A DNA stretch of 64,000 nt from Clostridia bacterium. Its GTDB lineage: Bacteria > Bacillota > Clostridia > Oscillospirales > CAG-382. The notes below the pieces were generated by a model. That model saw only the letters and a list, made by a program, of their open reading frames with translations, searched no databases and was not told where the DNA came from. Below, piece after piece: positions 26,887 to 36,604 of the stretch (position 1 is its first letter; each line of letters opens with the position of its first letter). The DNA lies in NCBI GenBank assembly GCA_017399965.1, contig JAFQAP010000018.1, positions 11,546 through 75,545 on the forward strand, read 5' to 3'. The translations under genes were made by a program, and so were the position numbers.

Positions 26887-27864
26887 TCAGTTTTCACGAT
26901 CCCACAGCACGTGGTAGAAGCCTACGTAATTTGTATCCCCCGTCTTTATCTTATCGATAGCGGGACCGGGATGGCGGTTGAGCATACCGGTGAGAAGATA
27001 AGGAATTTCATAACCCCACACCAAGCCCTGCTCCTTAAGAGGAAGCATATATTCCTGAATGAATTTAAGCACGTATACCACGTTATAGCGGGGATTGCGC
27101 AAAAATCCAAGTATACCTTCAAGTATACAGTTGCCTGCTCCTCTGCCCATGCCCATCATAGTGGCGTCAAGATAGCTTGCGCCGAAAGCAACGGATTCCA
27201 CGGTGTTTGCAAACGCCATCTGCTGATTATTGTGGGCGTGTATGCCTACCTTCTTGCCGTATTTTTCTGCTACAGCGCAATATGTCTCGGTAAGCTCGCG
27301 CACCTGTTCGGGATAAAGGGAACCGTAGCTGTCTACAAGATAGATAACGTCTACAGAGCTTTTGCCCAGCATTTCCAACGCCTGCTCCACATCCTTTGAG
27401 TCTGCGGTGGAAACTGCCATAATATTTACGCAGGTTTCGTAACCCTTGTTATGGCAATACTCGATCATATCTATAGCCGCGGGAATGGTGTTAATATAGG
27501 TGGCGATACGGATCATATCTATAACGCTGTCTTTTTTATCTATAATATCACGCTTGTAGTCCGTTCTGCCAACGTCCGCCATTACGGATATCTTAAGGTC
27601 GGTATTATTTTCGCCGACGATAGCGCGGATATCCTCTTCTTCGCAAAACTTCCACTTGCCGTATGCATTTTCATCAAACAGGTCTTTGGAAGCCTTATAG
27701 CCGAACTCCATATAGTCCACGCCCGCTTTTATATTTGCCAGATATAAGGCTTTTACGAAATCGTCTGTAAAAAAGAAATTATTAACAAGACCGCCGTCGC
27801 GAATAGTAGCATCAAGCACCTTTATATCGGGACGGTAGATCATAAGATTACCTTTTTGTGCCAT
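26887..27864 (-). CDS. HMGL-like / DRE-TIM aldolase catalytic-domain protein
   Basis: 'KVLDATIRDGGLVNNFFF', 'VGIHAHNNQQMAFAN'. Confidence 0.7.
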   Translation of the reverse strand: MAQKGNLMIYRPDIKVLDATIRDGGLVNNFFFTDDFVKALYLANIKAGVDYMEFGYKASKDLFDENAYGKWKFCEEEDIRAIVGENNTDLKISVMADVGRTDYKRDIIDKKDSVIDMIRIATYINTIPAAIDMIEYCHNKGYETCVNIMAVSTADSKDVEQALEMLGKSSVDVIYLVDSYGSLYPEQVRELTETYCAVAEKYGKKVGIHAHNNQQMAFANTVESVAFGASYLDATMMGMGRGAGNCILEGILGFLRNPRYNVVYVLKFIQEYMLPLKEQGLVWGYEIPYLLTGMLNRHPGPAIDKIKTGDTNYVGFYHVLWDREN

Positions 27865-27952
27865 TGGTAAATCCTCCGTAGGAAAAAGTGATTATGGGCA
27901 GTATACCACATTAAAAAGCAAAAATAAAGAGGAAAATGTATTTTTCACCCTT

Positions 27953-28621
27953 TTATTTCATTAATATAAATCCTATGGTGTTTATTGCAAAGTTTGCAAA
28001 CATATGAACGAACCATGATGTATAAACGGATTGGTGTTTTTCGTTAAGATAATTGAATATAATTCCCCCTGCCCCGAGACCTGCCAGCACCAGCAAGAAC
28101 AGCCCTATATTGAACCAGCCTATCATCATCGCTACATGGTAAAGGGAAAACGCCGCAGAACTTACAGCGTATGCGGTAATTCGGTTTGTTCCTTTTTTCA
28201 GGTTTACAAAAACAAAGCCTCGGAAGAAGAATTCTTCAAGCAGAGAGTTTACAAAAGAAATGTAAAGGGAAACAAACAGAAAATTGTCTTTTGTTACACC
28301 GGTAGTAGAGGAAAGAGAATCTACAATAACGGAAAAATCGTAAAAAGGTCTTACCGCAAAATACGCACCCAGTATAAGCGCGTATATTCCCACTCCCAGC
28401 AGCAGTGCAAACAAAAAGGGCTTTGCTTTAAACTTAAAAAGAGTTTTTATGGAAATATCCTTATTCAAAAACGCAAATCCCAGGGGAATAAGCAAAAACA
28501 AAGCGATCTTTATTATTGATTTTACTGCGTATCCCGGCTGTATAACGCCGTCTACCACCGCCATTACGGCGCAGGAAGCAACGGTCAATGCCAATATTCC
28601 GAAAACAGTTTTCTTTTTCAT
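27953..28621 (-). CDS. CPBP family intramembrane glutamic endopeptidase
   Basis: 'LLEEFFFRG', 'FSLYHV', 'FVHMFANF'. Start chosen at 'MKKKTVFGIL'. Confidence 0.85.
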   Translation of the reverse strand: MKKKTVFGILALTVASCAVMAVVDGVIQPGYAVKSIIKIALFLLIPLGFAFLNKDISIKTLFKFKAKPFLFALLLGVGIYALILGAYFAVRPFYDFSVIVDSLSSTTGVTKDNFLFVSLYISFVNSLLEEFFFRGFVFVNLKKGTNRITAYAVSSAAFSLYHVAMMIGWFNIGLFLLVLAGLGAGGIIFNYLNEKHQSVYTSWFVHMFANFAINTIGFILMK

Positions 28622-28644
28622 ATTTGTACGGACAGTCAAAATAA

Positions 28645-29916
28645 TCAGTCTATAAGTCCTGCGAAATATCTGTTCCACGCGCCGGTGTTGCCCATGGACG
28701 AGTTCACAAGGAAAAGAATGTCATCAAACTCATAATCAGCAAACTTTTCGCATACGTTGAGGTTTCCCGCATAACGGGGGTCAACCACAACTATATTGCC
28801 GTAATGCTCGGTAAGAAAAGGAATAAATGCGTTTGCATAGGAATCCTTAATGACCATAATGCTCTTGTCCTGGTCGTTTTCGGGGACGTTGATGATCATA
28901 TAAGGATGGTCGCCGCCGATGAACGCAGGATACCCCTTAATAGAGGTAACGATGCAGGTTTTATATGTTAATACTCCGCTGCTGCCGCTGTGTATGGTCA
29001 TGGTACACGCTTTTCTGGGCATATAGGCTTCGATGGTATCATAATAAGACTTTACACGCGCATCCTTGGTGTAGTTGTACATAGAACCGATATATTTATC
29101 TCTTATAATTTGAATATCAAATTCCTCTATGGGTGTGGGTTCAAGACCTATGGAGCGTACGAATTCCACATATGCGTAATATGCGCCCCGCTGTGTCCAG
29201 TGGTGGTCGCTTCTGAAATAAAGATATTCGTCCAAATGGTCGGCATATGCGTTTTTAAGGTTTACGAAATTAATGTTTTCATTGGTGATAGCCGCTTCCA
29301 TTTTATCCAAAATGGCGCTTTGGCTGGATATACGGGCGTTAACGTCGGGGTCGGTAATAATTATCGTTGCAAGAGGTGCAATAACCACGTTTATACGGGA
29401 TTCGGGGAAAACTTCGGCGTATTTATCGTAAACAGCGGCATATTTGGGCGCTTGAGTAGCGCTGAAAAAGGACTGCGTATACGCCGCGCCGTTATACAAA
29501 ACGAAGCCGCCGTCAAGATATATTGCGTTACCGATCTCCACATGGCCCGGTTCGGATGTTTCGGGTTCGGATGTTTCCGGTTTAGATGTTTCGGGTTCGG
29601 ATGTTTCCGGTTTAGATGTTTCCGGTTTGGATTCTTCGGGCTTGGATTCTTCGGGAACAGATACTTCTTCGGAAACTTCTTCGGAAACTTCTTCGGATAT
29701 TTCTTCGCTTATCTCTTGGGAAACATCCGTGCTTTCGGTTTCTTCGGAAATATCGCTGTCTTCAGGCAGAGAAACTTCGCTTTGTTCCGGTTCACTTTCC
29801 GCAGAGGAAATGTCTTGCGAAACCGTATCGGGAATTGATGTATTTGTATTGCTGTCGCACCCCGAAAATGAAAGAATGAGCAAAAACAGCAAAAGAGATG
29901 CGGTGATCTTTTTCAT
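28645..29916 (-). CDS. DHHW-family lipoprotein (AlgJ/AlgX-like SGNH fold)
   Basis: Lipobox 'LSFSGC'. Repetitive acidic linker. 'YFRSDHHWTQRGAYYAY'. Confidence 0.8.
   Translation of the reverse strand: MKKITASLLLFLLILSFSGCDSNTNTSIPDTVSQDISSAESEPEQSEVSLPEDSDISEETESTDVSQEISEEISEEVSEEVSEEVSVPEESKPEESKPETSKPETSEPETSKPETSEPETSEPGHVEIGNAIYLDGGFVLYNGAAYTQSFFSATQAPKYAAVYDKYAEVFPESRINVVIAPLATIIITDPDVNARISSQSAILDKMEAAITNENINFVNLKNAYADHLDEYLYFRSDHHWTQRGAYYAYVEFVRSIGLEPTPIEEFDIQIIRDKYIGSMYNYTKDARVKSYYDTIEAYMPRKACTMTIHSGSSGVLTYKTCIVTSIKGYPAFIGGDHPYMIINVPENDQDKSIMVIKDSYANAFIPFLTEHYGNIVVVDPRYAGNLNVCEKFADYEFDDILFLVNSSMGNTGAWNRYFAGLID
29550..29654 (-). repeat. in-frame 15-bp tandem repeat x7 (E-[ET]-S-[KE]-P), followed by 12-bp repeats to about 29715
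   Basis: GGTTCGGATGTTTCG-type units encode 'EESKPEESKPETSKPETSEPETSKPETSEPETSEP'. 29663-29715 encodes 'EISEEISEEVSEEVSEEVS'. Confidence 0.9.
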
Positions 29917-30005
29917 ATATAAAAGCCTTTCTAACTGTAATACCGGTCAAGTATAACACACTTTTTACTAAATATCAAGTACATATAAAGTAAATTAAAA
30001 AACGA

Positions 30006-30033
30006 TTGACATACCGCCTTTTTATGATATACT
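30006..30033 (+). promoter_or_regulatory. sigma-A type promoter
   Basis: TTGACA (30006-30011), 16 nt, TATACT (30028-30033). Confidence 0.6.
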
Positions 30034-30060
30034 AAAATAAAAAAGGGGCATTTACATACT

Positions 30061-30456
30061 ATGAAGCTTACAAAAGGAATACACCACATTGCAATAAAAG
30101 CAAAGGGAATTGAAAAATATAAAGAAACTTTAAATTTCTACACCAACATTCTGGGAATGGAAACGGTGAGAAGCTGGGGCGAAGGAGATGATCTGGGCAC
30201 CATGGTGGACACGGGCAACAGCGTGATGGAGATATTTTCCAATGCTCCGGAAGAATTTTGCGAGGGAGCTTTGCGTCATATCGCTTTTGACGTTGAGGAT
30301 ACCGACGCCTGCATAAACGCAGTAAAAGCCGCAGGATACACCGTAACGGTTGAGCCCAAGGACATAATTATTCAAGCGGATAAGCCCTTGGCGGCAAGAA
30401 TTGCTTTTTGTATCGGCCCCGTGGGAGAAACCATTGAATTTTTCCAAGTGAAGTAA
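30061..30456 (+). CDS. VOC (glyoxalase/bleomycin-resistance/dioxygenase) family protein
   Basis: 'GIHHIAIKAKG...YTNILGME' and 'LRHIAFDV'. Confidence 0.8.
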   Translation: MKLTKGIHHIAIKAKGIEKYKETLNFYTNILGMETVRSWGEGDDLGTMVDTGNSVMEIFSNAPEEFCEGALRHIAFDVEDTDACINAVKAAGYTVTVEPKDIIIQADKPLAARIAFCIGPVGETIEFFQVK

Positions 30457-30471
30457 AACATTAAAAAAATA

Positions 30472-30515
30472 CCGCCGCAAATAATCGGTTTTGATTACTT
30501 GCGGCGGATTTTTAT
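30472..30515 (+). terminator. rho-independent terminator
   Basis: CCGCCGCAA (30472-30480) / TTGCGGCGG (30499-30507), followed by ATTTTTAT. Confidence 0.65.
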
Positions 30516-30521
30516 GCCTTA

Positions 30522-30833
30522 TTAAGCTTCAAGCAGCTTAAGTATTTTTTCCTTGGGAATAACACCCACGGATTTATTAACCGTTTCGCCGTTTTTCATA
30601 ACGATAAGGGTGGGAATATTGGTAATCCCAAACTGTTTTGCCAAAGCGCCGTCTTTATCTACATCGATCTTACAAACGGCGTATTCGGGATGCTCTGCGG
30701 CGATCTCGTCTATAATAGGCGCTATCATACGGCAAGGACCGCACCAGCTTGCCCAGAAATCTATAAGCACAGTCTTTTCGGATTTTAAAACCGCTTCTTC
30801 AAAATTAAAAGAATCTACGTGAACTACAGACAT
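30522..30833 (-). CDS. trxA: thioredoxin
   Basis: 103 aa, 'FWASWCGPCRMIAP'. Confidence 0.93.
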   Translation of the reverse strand: MSVVHVDSFNFEEAVLKSEKTVLIDFWASWCGPCRMIAPIIDEIAAEHPEYAVCKIDVDKDGALAKQFGITNIPTLIVMKNGETVNKSVGVIPKEKILKLLEA

Positions 30834-30849
30834 TTGTTTTTTCTCCTTT

Positions 30850-32385
30850 TTACTGTATATTGAAATAATCTTTCAGATACCCGTTTCTTCTTTCGAGCCA
30901 TTCTTTGAGCTCATTTACGTTTGCTTCAAAGGTGCTTGCGGGAGTCTCGTCCTCAAAATCGCTGTAAGGACGGCTTATGCTCCATCCGGCTTCGCCGTAA
31001 TTACGGGCGAAAGATTCCCCGTAAGTCAGGCAGAGGGTATCTATATATCCCCCGTCGGAATAAAGGTTTTCTATATCTTTCAAGACTTCGGCATATTTTT
31101 CCTTAACCGCATCGGCGAAGAAGGGACACTTCATAAGAGTTTTGAACCACTCCTGCTGTGCCCATATTCCCGAAGCGCTGTCGCCGGTTTTATCACCGTA
31201 CCCGTCGGCGTTATTATAGATATGGTATTTGTCCTGAAAATAATAGCGGGAAACGTTACCTGTGGAAAGGTCCATATCCCAAATGGGACCTGCGAACAGA
31301 ATACCGTCCTTACGGTAGAAATAAGTAGATCCGGTAACCATATCGCAATCTTTGAGAAGCTCGTGGATAACGTATGCGGAAACAAAAGAATCCACATCTA
31401 TAAGCTGCGTTATCTTATTTTCGTTTTTGGCGGCAATGGCATCGTCAACCTGTTCCATAAATTCGGTTATCTTCCGTTGCTCACCGCGGGTCATTTCTGT
31501 TCTTTCCGGTGTATCGAAAACAAATCCTGCGCCGCCGCGAAGAAAGAAATCGTTTTCCCCTTCAAGAACCACTATGCGCTCAACAATAAAATCGCCTTTT
31601 TTGGTGTCAAGCTCAAGAGTTCCGTCGGACACGGGTTGGCAGATAAGATAATTGCCCTGCAGTTTATTGTTTACATAAACATCACAATATCTGCTTTGGA
31701 TAGCGGCAATATCTCCCATCGCTGCAGAAAGATCAAAGGCAAGCTTATTGCGCATAAGAGTTTTATCGTAATGATTTGCAATAAGACACCATTTTCTGCC
31801 CTCTTTCATACCCAAAACGGAGGTTTTATCCGTAAACTTTATGTTATAAGGCTTTTTATCCGCCGTTGCGGTGGAATTTCCGCGGATACGGATGGTTATG
31901 GTTTCTTCTATATCGCCATCGGTGCCGTTGGCACTGTCGATAATAAAGACTTTTGCTTCTATATACTCTTCCCTGCCGATCTCCCGGTCTGCGTATATAT
32001 GCACCGTGGGCACATCCGTGCGGGCATATTCGGCTTTAGCTCTTGAAGCGAGGAGCTTTTTGTACAAGGCAGTGCCTTGGGAAATACACTCATTTTCGTC
32101 TTCCGGAGGAGAGATAACAAAATCGTTTACTTCGGAAACTATCTTGCGGTAGGAGGCATACCATTCCTCGGTATACAAAGAGCGGTAAAGCTTTTCGTCG
32201 GTAAGCTTTACAAGGGCGCGCTTTACCTCCGAAGCGGAGGAAAATTCAGGCACGGAAACCTGAACGTCTGCGTCCGATGTATCAGAAACAGAAGTCGAGG
32301 TTTGCCCGCCTTCCACGCACCCGAACAGTAAAAGTGCGGAAAGACAAATAAAAAGTGAAACAAAAATTAATTTTTTGGTTGACAT
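30850..32385 (-). CDS. CotH kinase-family lipoprotein
   Basis: Start at 'MSTKKLIF...LLLFGC' (lipobox). 'KKPYNIKF', 'KWCLIANHYDKTLMRNKLAFDL'. Confidence 0.7.
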   Translation of the reverse strand: MSTKKLIFVSLFICLSALLLFGCVEGGQTSTSVSDTSDADVQVSVPEFSSASEVKRALVKLTDEKLYRSLYTEEWYASYRKIVSEVNDFVISPPEDENECISQGTALYKKLLASRAKAEYARTDVPTVHIYADREIGREEYIEAKVFIIDSANGTDGDIEETITIRIRGNSTATADKKPYNIKFTDKTSVLGMKEGRKWCLIANHYDKTLMRNKLAFDLSAAMGDIAAIQSRYCDVYVNNKLQGNYLICQPVSDGTLELDTKKGDFIVERIVVLEGENDFFLRGGAGFVFDTPERTEMTRGEQRKITEFMEQVDDAIAAKNENKITQLIDVDSFVSAYVIHELLKDCDMVTGSTYFYRKDGILFAGPIWDMDLSTGNVSRYYFQDKYHIYNNADGYGDKTGDSASGIWAQQEWFKTLMKCPFFADAVKEKYAEVLKDIENLYSDGGYIDTLCLTYGESFARNYGEAGWSISRPYSDFEDETPASTFEANVNELKEWLERRNGYLKDYFNIQ

Positions 32386-32399
32386 AACATTAATTACGG

Positions 32400-33341
32400 T
32401 CAACTTTCGCTGCCGGTTTGGTAGTATTTTTTATACTGCTCGTGGAAAGCAGCCGAGCGGAAAGGATGGTAATAGTGGGAATATGAAAAGGTTACGTGGC
32501 GGAGTACGTATTCATCCGTAAGGCGCATTTGCTCTGCAAAGCGGGAAACGGGCGCGGCTTTGAAATCGGGAGTAAAGTTTTCGTTGTTTGCCCAAAACTC
32601 CACTCCGTTTTTGGTTTTTACCGCATCTGACACGGCTTTATACAGACTTCTTATGTTTTCTATATCCACAAAGCCTGCGCCGATAGAATCCTGGCAGCAG
32701 AAAATATCCCCCTGTCGAAGCTTGGACAAAGCAAAAAATCTGCACCAAGCCTGCGTTGTAGCTTCGGGAGAAGCTTTTTGGTTTAAAAAGGGTGAAAACA
32801 TAATGGGCAAGGAAGGATCGATCTCATTCAGCCCGTCTATATACAAATTCATAAACCAAGCTCCCGTATCCGCAAGCTCATCGGGCATATGGTTGTAAAG
32901 CTCCCACGCCCAATACCAGCCTGCAAAGACTTCGGAATATTCGGCATAGTATTTTCCGTAAAGCTCTTTTGCCATACCTACGCCGATTTTTGCTTGCGTT
33001 TCGCCCCAATCGGTTTCGATACGGTTAAAATTCCACCACTCATCGGAAACGTTGAGCCCCATAAACACCTTCATTCCCGTTTGTTTTGCCGCTTCCAGCA
33101 TTTCTTTTACACAGTTTGAGTAACAAACGTACCCCTCCGCTGCGTTTGATGCCGACAACGCGGTTTGGTAGCAGCAATTTTTGAACTTGCCGTAAGGGGT
33201 ATCTGCCGTCCACTGAAGAATGGTTGTATCGATACCAACTTCAAGAAGGTACTTGAAATGCTCTTTCCATTTGGCAAGGTCATATTTTGTCGCTACAAAG
33301 GGCTGTATAAAATTGCCTGTGACTATGGGATAATTTTTCAT
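32400..33341 (-). CDS. DUF4434-like (glycoside-hydrolase-like TIM barrel) protein, no signal peptide
   Basis: 'PIVTGNFIQPF...WKEHFKYLLEVGIDTTILQW'. Its stop lies 14 nt upstream of the CotH start. Confidence 0.55.
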   Translation of the reverse strand: MKNYPIVTGNFIQPFVATKYDLAKWKEHFKYLLEVGIDTTILQWTADTPYGKFKNCCYQTALSASNAAEGYVCYSNCVKEMLEAAKQTGMKVFMGLNVSDEWWNFNRIETDWGETQAKIGVGMAKELYGKYYAEYSEVFAGWYWAWELYNHMPDELADTGAWFMNLYIDGLNEIDPSLPIMFSPFLNQKASPEATTQAWCRFFALSKLRQGDIFCCQDSIGAGFVDIENIRSLYKAVSDAVKTKNGVEFWANNENFTPDFKAAPVSRFAEQMRLTDEYVLRHVTFSYSHYYHPFRSAAFHEQYKKYYQTGSES

Positions 33342-33356
33342 ATTCGTTTTACCTTT

Positions 33357-36300
33357 TTATTTTGCAACACGTATTTCTACGGTACATTCTTCGGATTCAC
33401 CCAAAAGATTGTTGTAGGTATAGGTGAACGTATCGGTGCCGGAAAAATCTTTATCGGGATAATATGCAAAAGTACCGTCGGACAAGAGAGATACCGTTCC
33501 GTGCTCGGGCATAGAAGCGAGCGTGAAAAGGCTGTATTCCTTTTCGGGATTCAGTTCAGCGGTGAAAATATCGTTTGCGGCAGCATCGAAAACAGCCTTT
33601 TCCTTGGTATCGGGAGTTATATCAAGGGTTCCCTTTGCAAAGTGATAGGTTGCATCATACATCATACGGCAGAGAGGATCATCGGAAAAGCCCATTGCGG
33701 AAATGTTATCTCTGTCATTGTAATAAACGTGGATAGAATCAATATATCCGTATATTTCACCGTAGTAGAGATACAGCATATAATTGCGGGCAAAGAATAT
33801 ATCCGACATCGCCTGACGGGTATGCTCTATCTCAACGCTCATCTTGTTATACTTAGTAAGCATTGCGGTGGAATCGAAACGCCAGAGAGGCGCATCAAGA
33901 TCAAAAGCTACGTTAGGCTGCATATTTACAAAATCAAAGCCCATTTCATAACCCAGATAATAACGGTTTGCGGTGTAATAAGGAATCCACATAAAGTAGC
34001 TGCCCATATTGTGAACGATATCCGCAACTTCCTTGATTATGTGAGAATCGTCCTTTTCCCAGATAACGGATTCGTTCATCCAGTAAAATCCGCCCAGTTC
34101 AAGGTTTTCATATCCGCAATCTGCAAATTCCTGCTGACACTTGCCGATGAACCATCTGAGTATTTTTTCTCTGTCTTCGGGTGTCTTGGTGGTTTCAGCC
34201 ACGCCGTCGCCGTCCACATCGCCGAAGTTATCGGTTTCGTTGCTTATAGTGAGAATACTTACGTATACCTGTACTTTATAATCCTTGTAATCTTCGCCCA
34301 AAGCGTCCTTTACGGTCTGTACAGTCTGTTCAAGTCCGTCAAATCCGTATGCGCTGTGGAAGGTGGCGTTAAACAGCCATTCCCAGTCGGACATAACGGG
34401 TACTTCGTGAGGTGCCGCACCGGAAGGAAGAGGACTGGTGGGAAGATACGCATAGCCATCCATAAAGGTATCCTTTATATTACCGTCCTTATCAAGATAA
34501 GCAACGTAAGGAAGGAGCATATCTTCCTTGGGATTATCAAGATCCTTTTGGTCGAGATATACCAGAGTAATATCCTCTGCCTTTATGGGAGTGTTTTCGG
34601 TGGTAGCGTACTGAGCGTTATCGTAATTGGAATAAAAGATAACACTATCCATTCCGCTGTCTGCAAGACGCACCGTTTTGCCGGTAACTGCCTTGGTGCC
34701 GAAAGCTTCCATTTCGTCAAGATACAGCCAGCCGTTTGCTTCCACGCGAAGACGGACAAAGCGTGCGGAATATGTCTTATCCAATACGAATTCGTAATTT
34801 GCGTGGTAGTTGTTCTTTATTTCGCCTTCTTCATCTGCGTTGCGGGTGCCGACTTTATACCAGTTGACACCGTCGTCGGAAAGGAATACATCGCAGAATT
34901 TGGGACGGTTTATAGCCCACTCTCCATATTCCAGGAAGCTGAGCACCAATTTGTCCACAGAAGCGACCTTACCCATATCAAAGAAGAAGTTGTATCCCTT
35001 GCCGCCCTGCATATAGAAGTATTCTCCTGTACCGCGGTCGGTGGTAACGGCGCGCTTACCGTCGGTAAGAGCGGTATTGGTTGCGGGTGCGGTGTTTTTG
35101 CCGTATGTAAGAATATCTGCGTAATGAGCCGCCGCTACGTGTGTCTTTAATCCCTTAAGCAGGTTCTGATACTTGGTATAATCGGCTTCGGAAGCAGACC
35201 AGAATTCGTCCTCCGTAACAGCGGGAAGGTTAAGGGGCGGGAACATTTCGTTGAGCACTTCGTCCTCATATCCTGCCAAAACCTCTACTTCCTCTACCCA
35301 GAAATTACCGTTTCCGCCGAATTCAAAGCGGACGGATTTTACGTTAACAAATTCCTTTAAAATAAGGGTATATGCAAAATGAGTTCCCCCTGCGGGAGCA
35401 TAGACTCTGCCCAGCAAAACGTAATCTTTTGCATCTTTGGAGCCGTATACATCGATATAATCGGGATAAACAACATTGGGACCTACGCCCATCGCATGTA
35501 CTCGGAAACCGAATACGTTATCGTATACTTCGCCCAGATCAACGGTTATCTTGGGGCTTTCGCCGTCTTTACCGCTAAAGCCTACCCAGTAATCCTCGCC
35601 GAAGAAACGTCCCGTAGGTTTTCCGTCGGTAAGGAAGGTACGGAGATTTTCAGTGCGCTCATCTCCTTCTGCGGGAGCGCGGTCATCAAAACTGCAATCC
35701 GCATATGCATACGGCTTTGCGTATGCGATATTTGCGGAAACGCTGTACTCCGCCTTTTTGGAGGCAGAGAGAGCTTTCCAAGCGGATTTATCTATATTTT
35801 CGTTCTTGTATGCTTCCAAAAGCGATATGTTTTGGTTTGCGGGAATGTCTGCGTATACTTCGATCTCGTCTATAAAGAAGAACACATCGTTTTTATATAT
35901 GCGAACCTTAATATATCTGTAATCCACAGGCTTATCAAGGACAGCCTTTGCAACGCAAACACTTCTGTCGCCTTGGGGCTGGAAATACACGGTATCTATA
36001 CTTGACCAATCCTCACCGTCGTTTGAGCCGCTGAAACGAACATGAGTAGGGAGTTTTACTCCATCCGAATAAAATTCAAAAGCACGTACCGCAAGTTCGG
36101 TTATGCGCTTTCCGTCCTCGCCCAGATCCAATATAAACTGACCGTCGGATTCATATCCAACCATTCTGGGGTCGGTATAATGTACGTTTGCATTGGGAGT
36201 TATATGGCCGTCGGTAAGCTGCTGACCGCAATAGTCCGCATATCTTGGAGATGCGGGCACTACGGTTTTATACGATTTTCCGACACTGATAAGCGTTCTG

Positions 36301-36443
36301 TTGGCATTTTCAGGATCGTATGACACTTCATTATCACCCAAACTTTCGTCTAATGTCGAGCTTTCATTATCGGGCGTTGTACAGGAACAAAATAAAAACA
36401 ACACCGCAAGAAAAAGGGAAAGCAATCTTACAAAGCGTTTCAT
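33357..36443 (-). CDS. large lipoprotein: 3 discoidin-like modules, a roughly 350-aa DUF4855-like region, and a C-terminal Ig/cadherin-like domain
   Basis: Start at 'MKRFVRLL...LFCSC'. Three 'LTDG(H/K)...E(I/V/M)E(V/A)' modules. C-terminal 'GTVSLLSDGTFAYYPDKDFSGTDTFTYTY'. Confidence 0.6.
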   Translation of the reverse strand: MKRFVRLLSLFLAVLFLFCSCTTPDNESSTLDESLGDNEVSYDPENANRTLISVGKSYKTVVPASPRYADYCGQQLTDGHITPNANVHYTDPRMVGYESDGQFILDLGEDGKRITELAVRAFEFYSDGVKLPTHVRFSGSNDGEDWSSIDTVYFQPQGDRSVCVAKAVLDKPVDYRYIKVRIYKNDVFFFIDEIEVYADIPANQNISLLEAYKNENIDKSAWKALSASKKAEYSVSANIAYAKPYAYADCSFDDRAPAEGDERTENLRTFLTDGKPTGRFFGEDYWVGFSGKDGESPKITVDLGEVYDNVFGFRVHAMGVGPNVVYPDYIDVYGSKDAKDYVLLGRVYAPAGGTHFAYTLILKEFVNVKSVRFEFGGNGNFWVEEVEVLAGYEDEVLNEMFPPLNLPAVTEDEFWSASEADYTKYQNLLKGLKTHVAAAHYADILTYGKNTAPATNTALTDGKRAVTTDRGTGEYFYMQGGKGYNFFFDMGKVASVDKLVLSFLEYGEWAINRPKFCDVFLSDDGVNWYKVGTRNADEEGEIKNNYHANYEFVLDKTYSARFVRLRVEANGWLYLDEMEAFGTKAVTGKTVRLADSGMDSVIFYSNYDNAQYATTENTPIKAEDITLVYLDQKDLDNPKEDMLLPYVAYLDKDGNIKDTFMDGYAYLPTSPLPSGAAPHEVPVMSDWEWLFNATFHSAYGFDGLEQTVQTVKDALGEDYKDYKVQVYVSILTISNETDNFGDVDGDGVAETTKTPEDREKILRWFIGKCQQEFADCGYENLELGGFYWMNESVIWEKDDSHIIKEVADIVHNMGSYFMWIPYYTANRYYLGYEMGFDFVNMQPNVAFDLDAPLWRFDSTAMLTKYNKMSVEIEHTRQAMSDIFFARNYMLYLYYGEIYGYIDSIHVYYNDRDNISAMGFSDDPLCRMMYDATYHFAKGTLDITPDTKEKAVFDAAANDIFTAELNPEKEYSLFTLASMPEHGTVSLLSDGTFAYYPDKDFSGTDTFTYTYNNLLGESEECTVEIRVAK

Positions 36444-36604
36444 TGGTAACCTCTCTCCGCTGTAGGTCACAGCATAATTTACTACCTTATATTTTACATT
36501 GTTTTACGCAAAAAGTCAACCCAAAAACAGCTTCACATCGGGTAACCACGGCGCATAAACTGAATTAAGCGCAAATGCGCAAATGACGTAAAGGAGAAAA
36601 ATCA

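Noticed and set aside
33165-35150. 661-aa plus-strand ORF.
   Set aside because: It is antisense to the 1028-aa discoidin-repeat lipoprotein gene. Its Cys/Ile/Phe/Gly-rich composition is implausible, and it has no start context or domain signature.
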